From NCBI GenBank assembly GCA_051362555.1, contig CM120648.1, forward strand, positions 1,651,721-1,715,720: a stretch of 64,000 nt of DNA. Reading direction: 5' to 3'. Of the stretch, positions 24,921 to 38,085 are shown piece after piece. The notes below the pieces were generated by a model, which ran no database searches, was not told the origin of the DNA, and worked only from the letters and a program-made list of their open reading frames with translations. Source of the DNA: Lingula anatina (taxonomy: Eukaryota; Animalia; Brachiopoda). Numbering within the stretch: position 1 is the first letter of the stretch; the number at the start of each line of letters is the position of its first letter. The translations under genes and the position numbers were made by a program.

Positions 24921-24961
<41 letters not shown>
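24921..24961. repeat. (GT)n microsatellite
   Basis: Pure TG dinucleotide run. Confidence 0.95.
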
Positions 24962-24965
<4 letters not shown>

Positions 24966-26128
24966 GCTTTTCTTCATAAATACGAATTCTGAAAAGGCGA
25001 AATAAAAGAACAGAGCACATATATCCAAGCGCAGAAACAATGGTTCTTATTAAAGTAACAAGAGTTATAAGTTTACATGTCTGGTGAAATAAGTTTTCAT
25101 GTCTGGTGAAATATTTGTCGTGGACGAAATGGAGTTTGCCCTAAAATTCAGGGTTCAGTATGTTTTGCTGTTTTAATAATAGATATCAAAGATGAGATTA
25201 TACCTCTGAAATTGAAGGTTGGTGGGTGGTCGGGCGGAGTCCAGGCGCTCGTCCAAGAATAGTATATTAAATAACTCACGAAAGAGAAAACAGTAAGTCT
25301 TGTGGAAGAGTCCCCAAAATGCACTTGTAATATCTAACGGAAAAGATAAATAGGTAACCTAGGTTTGAGGCCACTATTAGTCAGTAGTTTTTGGCGGATA
25401 TTGCATAGTTTCCTTAAATCAAGAATCCATTACCATTTTAATCATTATTTTGGAAATTGCTTCTTCAACTGTATCACTTTTCGCAGAGGGGGTTTCAGTT
25501 AAATTTTCGAAGACGGGGTTTTAATTAAAATTTTTGTAGATCCGTTATCGTTAAAACTTGGTCGATAAAACCGACAAACTTGCAAACTCCTGTATGGATG
25601 AGATAATGCCAAAAAGATAATAAAATATTCGTCAACATATATAAAATAAACTTCTCCTTGATAATACAAATGACGGGGTGGTGTTATTTGTTTGAAAGAC
25701 AGCATGCGCCCACGTGACGCCACGGTCTTGGTTAAGGCCACGTGAAGTGCGCGCATTTATGTCACGGGCATGTTATTGAAATAGTCCAATACAAGCGCAA
25801 GAAAAAGGAAAGTATTGCTTTATTATTAAATACAGTCACGAAGAAATGAATACGGTCGTGAAGTATATGATCATATACTTATTAAGTCTTAAAATTACAA
25901 TAATGTAACTGTTAATTTTAAAAAATCTACAGTAAATAATTTGTTAGGAAATGTGTGAAAGAATAAATAATTTAAATGAAACGGTGTTCGGTTCCATACT
26001 TTTTAAGACCCCTGTCAAATCAATGCTCCAGTTAAGTTTTAAACTCGTCCGTATCCGCATTGCCTTTTATTGCTAAACTGTGCCGCTGCACGGCAAAGAG
26101 CGCCATAGATTACAACTCTCAGTTCACA

Positions 26129-26182
26129 ATGCAGGCAGGACGTTTGCTGAATGTGTTGTTACTGGCTACGTTTGCCGTACTG

Positions 26183-26272
<90 letters not shown>

Positions 26273-27104
26273 CAGAGAGAGAGAGAGAGAGAGAGAGAGC
26301 AGTATTATTCGGGTTATTCGAAAATGTGTTGTGTACTTATGTAGAAATGTTCAAACTGAATTTTAAAAAAATATTCACATGGGAGCAGTATTAAAAGTTT
26401 AAAAAAACAGTACGGAGAACATGTCCCAAGAATTTAGAGGACGTATTAAAATTGGCAACCAGGCGACCTTAGACCCTCTACCAAGGTCGCGCAGTGAAAT
26501 TGTTTCACTGAATATTTACAGGTAATTCTCTGAATATTCACTAACTGTGCATAGTGTGAGCAATTTTGCTCAACAAAGGCGTTATCACTCAGCTGCTCAC
26601 TGACAGAGTAACAATATCCGGTCTGCAGATAGTAATAGGGTGCATTCCCAGAGATTTAGATCGATCCAGAGATTTAGATTTAGATCGACCTAACTCCCTG
26701 GAGTTCACGCTAAATTGCAGTCAGCCGAGTGTACACCATAGTTAATTACCCCCTTACAGCTTTTAGTAGGCGGGACAGACGCTTAAGCCGGCTAAGCTGA
26801 AAGTCATCTAGTGAGACTCCCCACAGGGATAGATCGATCTAAAATCTATGGGAATGGGGTCATAGACTTACCAGCGACATTTGTGGATCTGGTGAGCTTG
26901 CTTTTAAACTATGTCACGACCCGTCCACCCCACCCCCCAAATCCTCAACGTCAAATTATTGGAAATCCTAGTTCCACTTATCTAAAATGCGATAGTGGTC
27001 CACCCCTGCATGAGAAAGGGTCAAATTTAAGTTTGAGAAAATAATATAATTGTTTTATTGCAGTATAGGACGCCTTATTGTAATATAGTGTCATTTTAAT
27101 ACGT

Positions 27105-27148
<44 letters not shown>

Positions 27149-30100
27149 GGAAGGGAGATGGAAGGAGGGAGAGAGAGAGTGGGAGAAAGGGAGGGAGAGA
27201 GAGGGGGGCGAAGTGGAACTTTAGCAGTTAAATTGATTATTAATTATAGGAAAGGGACATTAAGGTTCCATACCCCATACTCCATATTTATATATAGTAT
27301 ACCTCTGTATTAAGCCAACGGACATTGCACCCAAGCCGGATATAGGCCTATTTCTACTGTTACATAAACGGAAACCAGTTTTGCTTCAGACACACTCTAC
27401 TTATAGTAAAAGGCAGGATTAAAATACCCTCCAGCAGAGTAAGAGAGAGATGTTTTTCAAGATATTCACAGATGTTGCTTTGGCTATTCTGTTCACATTT
27501 CTGTACTGTGTCGAGAATATTGTCAATATTTACAAGAGAAAAATTATGTCTCACCCAGCTGAAAACTCTTGAAGAATATATGTCTAGTTCTTTTGAAATC
27601 TGGTGCAACCCTTACGTCGTGAAATCGACGATTGAGGGACAGTTGCAATTTTTTTCAATATTTAATACCGTAGCTCTGGAGGTCACGAAGCACTAGCTAA
27701 TTGCATATGTGTATTATTAACAACAAGGGCTGTTTGAGAAAACCCATCGTCTTTGGATCTTGATAATATTTGTACATCTGCTCAGTATCGAACGGCGTTC
27801 CCAGTGAAACTACTACTCTGTTCTTTTACAATGTATCACTGATTGCGTCTTAGTGGAGTGACTCGAATGTTAGGTTATGGGCGCATTCTCATAGATTTTA
27901 GATCGATCTTTCCCCATGGGGAGTCTCACTAGTTAACTGTCAGATAATCCGGCTTAAATGTCCGTCCCGCCTTCTACAAGCTGTAAGGGGGTAATTAACT
28001 GTCGTGCCCGCTCGGCTGACAGCTATTTAGCGTGAACCCCCAGGGGGTTAGGTCGATCTAGTTGGAGCGATCTAATCTCTGGGAATGGGGTCTATAAGAA
28101 CCTACTTTATTAACTGTTCTCGCAATGTTTTTTAAAAATATTATTATTTTGGGGGTGGGGGAGTTTCAGAATTGTGATTTGTCGATCTTTTTTGCTGTGC
28201 TGAATGTAATGAAGATACATGTAACAGAAATCATAGCGTTTTAGAATAAAATATACATGTATTCTTTAAAAATTCAAACATTGCACTTTATGCTATGTGT
28301 GGTTTACTCAATATCCAATATATGATGCACAAGAACTATGTCCTTACCGAAAAAGGGAAAACGTTGGTGAGAACTGTGGTGAAATAAAAAAAAATCTATT
28401 ATTCAAAACTCATCGTTTCTATCGTTGGGTGGATAGTTAGATTATTGATTCGGAAAAAAGGATGCCCGTGTTAAGCGTTAAAGATTACATTACAATCCAT
28501 TTTTCTAACAACAGTCTCATACGGTGTGATCCCGGATGCTAGCATCCACTAAACAAAATAAATGCATGACTTAGATATTTAAAAAATTAAACGAATTCCA
28601 TGATTGTGAAATATTAACCTATTGATATTGCAATTTGAACATTAGTATTTAGTTTCAGCTTCATGGTAAAACTTTCAGAATATGACCCAAGCCGCGACCT
28701 TTGTTATTTCTGTCTGTAATTCAACCACGGGCGTTATAACTTATTTTATTCTATAATTCACAACTGACTCATACAATCAAATGCTTCTCATGACATTTCC
28801 CTTTGATTATTTCAGGAGACATGCGGCAGAGCAAGTAAGTTTAATTTATCACCGAATGTCAGATCGTTGCAAATAGTTCATTTCATTGTTTTAACTTTCG
28901 TAAGTGCATGTCCATTTAAAAATTAAAGTCCCAATAAGTTAGTTTAAACAGACAGGCGGAACTCGCCTCAATATTTCAGCTGCGTGGGCTTAAGTGAAGA
29001 TATTCAGGTTAACGTTCAGGATTTCATACCCAATTATAACATTATTATAAAGATGTTACATATGAAAGTATTTTATTGTAATGTGTGTTGTCATAGGGTA
29101 TAAATCGATTGATTATGAAAAATCTTTTTAGAAAAGTTTTTTAAATACATCTATTCATTTATGTATTTAGCAATACTTTTCTTAAAGCTATGATAAAAAT
29201 CTAATTTTTTCAATTTTGATAGAAATTGGATTAGATTAAGGTAAGGAACGTCCATTTGTATATATACTCCAGTTATCATTTTTACAAAAAACGAGTGGCA
29301 GGTTTTCATTTTTAAGTAGAAAAATCTGTATGCAAGTTCCAGATAGGTGTATATTTTTGATTTTTTTTCATAATCTAATAGTGTGATATGAATGATGTTT
29401 TTTTTTTCAAATTTAGCCAAGAGCCCGTGTGACATCAACAATGGTCAGTGCAGTGACAGGTGTGTCCCGTACCCAAATTACCAAATACAATACGACAATC
29501 TTCCTTCTGGATACTACTGCGCATGTCCTAGAGGGAAAGAAACATTCAGAGGGACTCTTTGTTTGCGTAAGTATAGAAATGTGTGTGTGTGTGTGGGGGG
29601 GGGGGGGGGATGGGGGGTAAGCGAGAGTGTGGGTGAGTGGGTGAGTGGGTGTGTGGGTCGGTTCGTTTGGTGAGCTGATTCTAGAATTAATTTTATTTGA
29701 AGTACAAAAACGAAAATATTGAAGTATGATTACATACAGTTGTAGGACGATTAAATGAAATGTTAAAGCCCAAGTAGTTTTGACACAAACCCTAGGCATT
29801 TTAAAATATTATCTTATAGTTTCTCTTTTTTACAGTACGAAACCATCCCTGTTTTGGTTACCGCCATTGCAGAAGCTCTGAAAAATGTGTCCCCACGGGA
29901 AGCCGAGACGGATACGGTTACAGGTGCGACTGTAGGGAGGGCTATATTCCCAGAGAAAATGGACGCGGATGCCGGCGTAAGTGTTATGTGTCATGTTCGA
30001 AGTATTATATTTCACGGTCAACTGTGTTTGTGTTCCAATGGGGTATACAGGATTCTGTTCTCCCCACACCACGCTTCGCTGGCAAAGCTACAGCAGTAGA

Positions 30101-31922
30101 TATGTACATTTGATATCATGCAATATTAATAGGGAACATTGATAGAAGAATTGCTTGTTTTTTGTCTTTGTTTTGCTTGTATCACTGATGTTCCCCCTCC
30201 CCCCCCCCCCAAGTACGCCATTGCTGTTTTTTTTTAATTGAGGGGGGGGGGGGGGGTAGAAGGGTGAACCTCCAAACTGTTCAAATTAACGAGGCCGCAA
30301 TTGTTGTTCATATTTAAAGTAGTGCACACGTACAAATATGTGTCATCTATTATTAAATCCCCAAACGCGTTTATTTGTCAATAAGATGATTTTATATTTT
30401 TCACGAAAAACTCGTAAACGGATTATTCTTTTCAACCAATATAACAAATAAAGTTCTGTGGATACTGATTTATTCATTTTGAGCAAATTAACCAAGTAAT
30501 TACCTTAAAATAACATTCATCCCATGCTTATCAACATTAAATACAGTTGCCCCTGTGAAACGCACTACGCCAGCACAGACTACGGTGGACGGGGGACAAC
30601 GACGGACTCTCAGGACCAGAATAACCCCAGCACCTTTCTTCACCAATCTAACCACACCTGCGCCCACAGCGGCACCTCACCCCTGTGACGTCAACAATGG
30701 CGACTGTGAGCACAGATGTAGGAGGACCTCGTCAACGGCACGTGTCTGCGAGTGTCGTCTTGGTTATAGGCTGCTCGGCGACGGCCTATCATGCGAGGGT
30801 AAGACAGAGACGGTGTTTGCTGGTTTCCTTGTTTAAAAGTTAAAATATTTTGAATTTGTTTTCAAAATATCTGGTTTTTGTGGATACCCGTATACAGTTT
30901 GCAGGTAAGATTGGCAGCTTTTCGTTTCGTATATTCCAAATTAGTTCACTCGAAAGGGAATCCCATTGGCTTGGAGCTGAAAACTTAACGCTCTAGCACT
31001 TTTAATCAATAAAAACTTTGGCCTGTGGCTATGACCTAAATCCTAAAGTTCACGGGTTTAATAGCATTAACGGTACCTGCATTTGTTTTGAAACACTCCC
31101 CGTTTTTCGGGATATTGCATCTCTAGTACTCCATCCCCCAGAGTATCAGAGTAGTGACCAGTGACTCTCCTCTAGCTGACATTTTCCAAAAACGTAGGTT
31201 GCTTCACCACTTGTTGAGCAGTCTTGCTCACCATATCAAAGTTTTTATAAGAATAAGCGTAACTAAAGTAATAATTCAACAATCTGTTAACATCGATTCT
31301 TGCAGAAGTAGATCCCTGTGAAAACAATGGCGGGTGCAGTGACGTCTGCATAGCTAACTGGCCAAACCGCACGTGTAGCTGCCGTATTGGTTACAAGCTT
31401 GGCAGTGACCAAAAGACATGCATAGGTAAGCTACATTTTCAATTTCTCGTTATGCGCACACATATTTACTTTTGTTCATTTTGGCAGTTTTTGTTTACAA
31501 AATTTCACAATCAGCGCACATTGTGCTGCTTTATTAGTATTATTCTTATTATAATTATTCTTCAAGAGAATGTGGAATCTAAGGATGACACAGTAGACCA
31601 CGTTAACCCCCCTTCCTCAAAACCAAGCAATTTCCCATCCTTTTTAGAGAAAAATCCCCTCTTCGGCTATTTTATCCATATCTATTATTTATTAATTAAT
31701 TAATTTATTTTTTACTTTTATGGTTTGATAGTAAATGTACAACATGTCTCAAAAGTTTTTTTTTTCAAATTTTGATAAAGCATTCAGGAATGACAGTTCT
31801 TCGGAGTAAAAGAAGTTATTTCAATTCAGGCTTAATTTCAGTCTCCTTACTTTTTTTTTTTCAAAATATCAAAAATGCCTTTTTTTGTTGTAAAGGTGCC
31901 CTCTATTTGTTCTGTCTAGTAG

Positions 31923-31988
<66 letters not shown>

Positions 31989-32224
31989 GTGTAAATGAGT
32001 ATTTTAACAGATACCTTCCCCTGTTGGTCAGCTGTGGGGGGATTATGGGTATATGAAAGGGCGGGGTGTGACGTCCATAATTTTCTCACTCAAAGGATTT
32101 TATTTTATTGAAAGTTGACTTCTGTCTGACAAATTGAAATCGTGATTAATACATTTCTTTTATTATCATCATCATTTCTTTGTTATCATCATCATCCTTA
32201 TTATCCTTATTATTATTATTATTA

Positions 32225-32268
<44 letters not shown>

Positions 32269-32789
32269 TCCCTGCAGATGTTGACGAGTGTTGGGAGGGG
32301 ACTGCCCGCTGTGAACAGGACTGTATTAACGTACCGGGGTCTTATCGCTGTGCATGCCAACGTGGATATAGCTTGAAGCAAGGAAACAGATGTGAAGGTA
32401 AACCATAGAGATAAATATATAGTGCACAGGCACCGGCTGAGCAGCAGAAGCCTATTTTACTAATTTTTACTATTTTTTTTTTAGACTGTCCATTTGATAT
32501 TTGACTAAGAGCACTTGTGATTTATTGAAAAACATAAATAAATATGATAGTCACATCTACTACGTTACGCGGGATTTACATAAAAATTGTATATTTCATT
32601 TGGGAGGACTATAAATGTATCATGTTGTTTATATTTTCAGATATTGATGAGTGCCGGATCAACAATGGTGGATGCAGTGACTCATGTTATAATACCCCCG
32701 GGTCGTACAAGTGTCACTGCCCGCCTGGGTTCTACTTACTTAGTGATGGCAAGAACTGTGAACGTAAGTTGATCTATTTACACCCCAAT

Positions 32790-32852
<63 letters not shown>

Positions 32853-33794
32853 GTACTTCCTATTCAAGCCCTCGATTTGCATATATAGAATGGTACACGT
32901 CGACGAAGATAATTTACTGTGAAGTGTAGGGAGCAAGTCTGAAAAAAATCGCTTTTTTTCTTTCGTTTTGCCAGTTTAGCGTTTTTTAGGGAAGTAGAAA
33001 TGGGGGAGCTGGTACCTTGAGAGCTAAGGGGTCACGTGACGGGTCTGCCATTACGCACACGCCCAACTCCACCTCCTCAAGGCTGGGTTAGTAAGGGAAT
33101 ATCTTACACTTTTAATATCGATGTTTCAGAGAAGTGGAAATGCTCCAGATATGGCTGTGAGCACAACTGTGAGCATCCTATCATCCAGTTTGAACCGTAC
33201 TGTACTTGTAATACCGGATACACGCTCACCCAGGACCAGAAACACTGCACAGGTGAACATTATCACGTGTATTTTTCATGTATTTTAACGCTAATTCAGC
33301 TATTCAGTCCGTTAGTCATTCTGCGATGTAGCCTACTGATTTACGCAAATGTCTATTTATTTTTTAAATTTTATTTATTTATTAATTTATTAAAATGTTG
33401 TCCACTTCAGATATGGACGAATGTCGTCTTGGCTTCCACAAGTGCTCTCATTCCTGTCAAAACACGGTGGGCGGATACCAGTGTTCTTGTCCTGCTGGGA
33501 TGAAACTTGCCGCGGACCAGAGGACATGCGAATGTAAGGTTTACACAAGCTAGTGGGGGGAATCCCATTTGGCCCAGCCCGCTACCATGTCTTTATTTAT
33601 TTGATATAATTTATGTGCATATTTTCTGTCTCTCATTGCAATAGATGCATACCAGAAATGATATGTAACTGCACTGTATGTAAATACAGTGATACTGAGA
33701 TTGCTGCCTGAAAATAAACACTGTATATATACACTTCATAGGCCAAGAGTTTGGTCTACTAGTTCTACATACTTTTAGCGCCGAATTAGTATTG

Positions 33795-33848
<54 letters not shown>

Positions 33849-36800
33849 CCCGGTTGTATTTTCAGCCGATGTCACCTGTGCTACATTAGGCTGTAGTTTC
33901 CGATGCCAACAAAATGACCCAGCATCCCCTGCCAGATGCATTTGCCAGGGAGGTTTCCGACTCAATGCCGATGGTAGAACTTGCATGGGTGGGTTCCAGT
34001 GTATTGTACCGAAACAGAAATACCGGCATTAAATTAGTTAACATGTTATAGAATTGTCATTAGAGAAATGAAATTTGCACTCGGAAAGAATACAGTCAAA
34101 TGCATAACCTACAAATCTGAATACTTCGTCACAACTTTGTCAAGTATCTTTGTGTGTTACTCCAATTACATATTCAATTCTGACACAATTAAACAATACA
34201 TTTCCACAAATAGAAGTACCAGTTGTATTAAACTAATGGTTCAAATGATTTGAAGTAACAATCCTCTCTGATCCACGTCTAGTTTTATGAAAAATAATTT
34301 TGTAAAAGTGGAACCTATTTTGAAACATTGGTATAAGTCTATATTACACGTTGAAAGTTTACAAGTAGTTTTATCCAGAGACTTTTTAATCATTAAAATT
34401 TTTTTTCAGACATTGACGAATGTTCAGAGACAAATCATGGTTGCAGTGAACGCTGCGTTAACACGCCGGGAGATTACCGGTGCGAGTGTGGGCCTGGAAA
34501 ATATTTGAGCAATGACTTGAAGACATGCATTGGTAAGTGTTTAAATCTTGTATTGTCGTTTCTTTGTTTGAGAAGCATTATTTAAAAGATTTATTTGTAA
34601 AACACCAACCGTTAAAGTAGGCTTATGTATTATTATTTAGCTTACCATTAATTTCCTGACCAAAGTCCTCAAAATGTGAGTTTCGTTGAAATTCAATTTA
34701 ATTGCTGTCATTAAGAATGTCTTTATCTATTTTGACCTTCCCAGCAAACACGTCACGTTCAGATCACGTGACTAGCACGTTACTACCACATTATAACGTC
34801 ACAGCAACGTGATAGCCACGTGCTCCGAACGTGACGTGTTTGCTTGGTTTCTACACTGTAGTTTCCACAACGACAATGTGTCCAAGGCCCAGACTTCACC
34901 GAGGATCATTTCCAAATTGTGGCAGTGGGGTGTCAGTATTTGTCCCGGGGACGACTTGCGAACGACAGTGCAACAATGGCTTCGAACTTCGCGGAAAAAA
35001 ATGGATCACGTGCCAGAATGATGGCACATGGTCAAACTATTATGGACAATGTAAAGGTTGGTGTAGGACACTAACAGACACAGATATGTGGAGAGATTGT
35101 ATGTAGGTTCAGGAACGGTTTCTCACCACAACATAAATTCGCTTCCAACTGCTTACACCAATCAAAATTAATGCAGGCAAATAGTTGTGTTGGGGCTACG
35201 TTTAGGTAACCCTCTTATACGTAATTTACCGGGGTTATTAAGTAATTAATCTTTCATATCGTTTTTACACAGATTGAAGTGTAACGCAATGTAGTATAAA
35301 AGGGTCATAGATGTACTAAAAAGAGGTACTTTTTCAGTAAAATCCAAATGGAGGTAATCTCAATGTAATAATCTTCCTTTTTAGACATAAATGAATGTGA
35401 GACAAATAATGGCGGTTGTGAGCAGAATTGTTATGACTTCCAAGGCGGCCATTCTTGCGGATGTAACAGTGGTTTTAAACTGCGAAATGATGCAAAGACT
35501 TGTAAAGGTATGATCAGTGCATCGTTGGGTAGAGAGCGAGTGGCGAATAAAGAGCGAACAGTGCGATTTTCTTTTTGTTTCGACTGGATCTGTGTCGCCT
35601 CTTTGTCTGTATATATGTGTCTGATTGTTTGTATTTGCTTTTTGTTCAATCTTGACGGAGAGAGGGAGAGAGAAGAGAGAGAGAGACCTTTATAGAACAA
35701 AGTCATGCTTGAACTTGACGCTTTTCAGATGCCACGCCTCCTAAATTCGAGACCTGTCCACAGAATATTGACAAAAATACGGATCCAGGAAGACCGAATG
35801 CTACAGTCACGTGGGATTCCCCGCGATACTCGGATAACGTGGAGGTCACCAGCCTGAACGGACCACCCAATACAGTAGATCTCCCAGTTGGGTTCCACAG
35901 TATTGTATACACTGCCACCGACGGAGAGGGAAATAAAGCTACTTGTGCCTTCACGGTACATGTGAAAGGTGAGGGATTTATTTGACCAAAGAAGTTATCC
36001 TAACACTACCCTTCGATAGGGGGCTCTGCAGTCTGTTAGTAAATTGAATACATCTTTTATGTAATTATGTAACAAACTACGATCTGCTACAGGCCATCTC
36101 ATCAGACTATAGAAAGCCAAGATTTTATCCCAAGAGGGACACAGGCACAGAAAGTGAAGAAACCAATCATCATAACAATTCAAGTCCCAAATCCTGAAAC
36201 CCGGCGAGAATCCAGCAACGCCCTCTCCCTCCTTGACTACGTTTAATTCTAGCTTTCAAAACTCACTCCAACGTGTCAGTTATATGTTCATATAAAATTG
36301 AACATTTGAAACTCCACGCCTCCAGGAGAAACACATTTAGTCTCCAAGAAATGACCGAGAAATGTACATTTTTGTTTTAGATCAAGAACCTCCTTCTTTC
36401 ATCAACTGCCCCAATCCAATATCAGTGAACGTCCAAGAAGGTATCCTCGTGAAACACCTCACGTGGGATTTGCCGGTCTTTTCGGACAACTCTGGTCAGG
36501 TGGACGTGGTGGACAACGTGCCTGTCAATAATGACTTCCCCTTTGGAGAGACTACGGTGAGATATGTCGGGAAAGATGCCTCGGGGAACACGGCCACTTG
36601 CGAGTTTTTAGTCAACGTTACACGTAAGTACATAAGTTATTATACTGATGCATCTATGGAGATCTACTATAAAAATGTGATATCTAATCCAAGCTGTCGG
36701 TCCCTAGGCCTTCTTAAGGGATTTTTAAAAAAAAATCCAAGTACATGTGGACGTGAAGCAATTTTAAACGAAGGGCGACAAGCAACATGCATTAAAAACT

Positions 36801-38085
36801 AATACTAACTATAATCAAATCCTGCTTACAACGCAAGTGTCATATTACAAGAAAAGTAGTTTGGGAGGCCTGGTAAATGTGCACGTACATGCACAAATAA
36901 TGGGTTTCTACTGCTTTGCAAGTAACGCTCACTCTTTCAGGAACGGAATGTGAACCCCTCGAAAAACCGCGAAATGGCACTCACGACTGTGACACGTGGA
37001 GGTTGGGCAAATTTTGCCACGTGAGCTGTGACGATGGATTTGGTTTCGTAGACCCCCCACCTGACGAGTATGTCTGCGGACCGCAAGGAACATGGGTTCC
37101 TAACAACAATGTCCCCGACTGTTACCGTGAGTAATCTATTCATTTTTAATAGCTAACAGGCACTTTGTGGATATCGCTTTTATTTTATTTTTTTATTTTT
37201 ACCTGCATCAATAAGAGAGAATTTTTCATCGGCATCGATTTACCTGTTTGTGTGTCTTCACATATTTTTCAAAAAATTCCATGAAAGACAAAAAAGATTT
37301 GCTTGAATATGCAAGAGTGAAAATCGTGAATTTCTTTTTAGCCGTTGCCCCTCCTTTGGAGACAGATCTTACTTTCACTGCGACATATAAAGCCCCTTGT
37401 CCCACAGAAAACCAAAGACGAGATATTATCGGCATGCTGATGGACTCTCAGATGCTTAATCTTCAGACGCTTTGCTGGCACAACGGAAGTGAGTCTTGCG
37501 ACTACGGGCCGGCCTCCATTACATGTGATGGGAGTGGCAGTGAATTTAACGTGTCCTTTAAGAGTCTGGAAGATCTCACCACACACCCGGCGCTGAACAA
37601 GTACATGAGAGATTTAATTACATCGCTGCAGAAAAACAGTCGTTATCCATTCTTTTTTGCTGCGTATATCCCATCGGTTGGTGTGCTTGGACCCAAGGTG
37701 AACAGACAGAACCTCGCTCTCATACCGGAACTGCAGTTGACATGCGCTGTTGGACAGGTGGCCAGAAATCATCAGTGCGGTACGTGAGACGACAGCTATA
37801 GACGGCCAACCTTTCTCTTCTGCTGTCAACCTCCCCTCCTTTTTCCCCTCCCTCTCCAATCTCAAGAAAATATCAAAATTCCACCGCCTCACATCTAACA
37901 TAAATTGAGTAATAGTAGGATACATGTATTTCACAAGTTCAAATAGTATTGGACAAAAAAAAAAAAAAAAAAAAAAAAAACGTAAGATTTCATCATAATT
38001 CAGATTGATTATCGTTTCTTTTATTTCAGTTATCTGTGGTGACCAGCCTTGTGACGATTTCCTACCACCTGTGACCAGCCAGTAA
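26129..38085 (+). CDS. Secreted EGF-repeat/sushi/HYR protein: signal peptide, 10 EGF/cbEGF with a Thr/Pro-rich spacer, sushi, cbEGF, 2 HYR, sushi, Cys-bounded linker; about 983 aa, 19 exons
   Basis: Phase-consistent exons: 26129-26182 ([18 protein letters not shown]), 28816-28834, 29417-29566, 29836-29976, 30547-30798, 31306-31425, 32278-32397, 32641-32763, 33130-33252, 33411-33533, 33866-33988, 34410-34532, 34862-35056, 35385-35507, 35729-35968, 36381-36623, 36941-37126, 37342-37779, 38030-38085 (sum 2952 nt). cbEGF example [28 protein letters not shown] example [41 protein letters not shown] near 38241. Confidence 0.85.
26187..26299. repeat. Compound microsatellite (CT)n(GT)n(GA)n
   Basis: Directly follows the GTAAGT donor of exon 1 of the EGF/HYR gene. 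Confidence 0.95.
26638..26861 (+). mobile_element. Harbinger-like MITE, copy A
   Basis: Imperfect TIRs GGGTGCATTCCCAGAGATTTAGATCGATC and GATCGATCTAAAATCTATGGGAATGGGGTC. ATA flanks both sides. Homologous in reverse orientation to 27879-28092. Confidence 0.8.
27879..28092 (-). mobile_element. Harbinger-like MITE, copy B (inverted relative to copy A)
   Basis: GGGCGCATTCTCATAGATTTTAGATCGATC...TCTGGGAATGGGGTC with TAT on both sides. The internal AAGCTGTAAGGGGGTAATTAACT is the reverse complement of AGTTAATTACCCCCTTACAGCTT in copy A. Confidence 0.8.
31924..32267. repeat. Two (TAT)n trinucleotide microsatellites
   Basis: Runs at 31924-31988 and about 32200-32267. They are the source of the spurious poly-Tyr and poly-Ile ORFs. 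Confidence 0.95.
34740..34847. mobile_element. Short palindromic MITE (108 bp), CCCAGC ends, possible 2-bp TSD
   Basis: CCCAGCAAACACGTCACGTTC pairs with GAACGTGACGTGTTTGCTTGG. TT flanks both sides. The interior is rich in CACGT/ACGTG. Confidence 0.75.

Noticed and set aside
27360-27696. Overlapping 74-82 aa ORFs in intron 1 of the EGF/HYR gene
   Set aside because: No recognisable domain and no phase-compatible splice sites were found.
31772-32381. Poly-Tyr and poly-Ile ORFs
   Set aside because: These are translations of (TAT)n microsatellites. Only 32278-32397 is a real exon.
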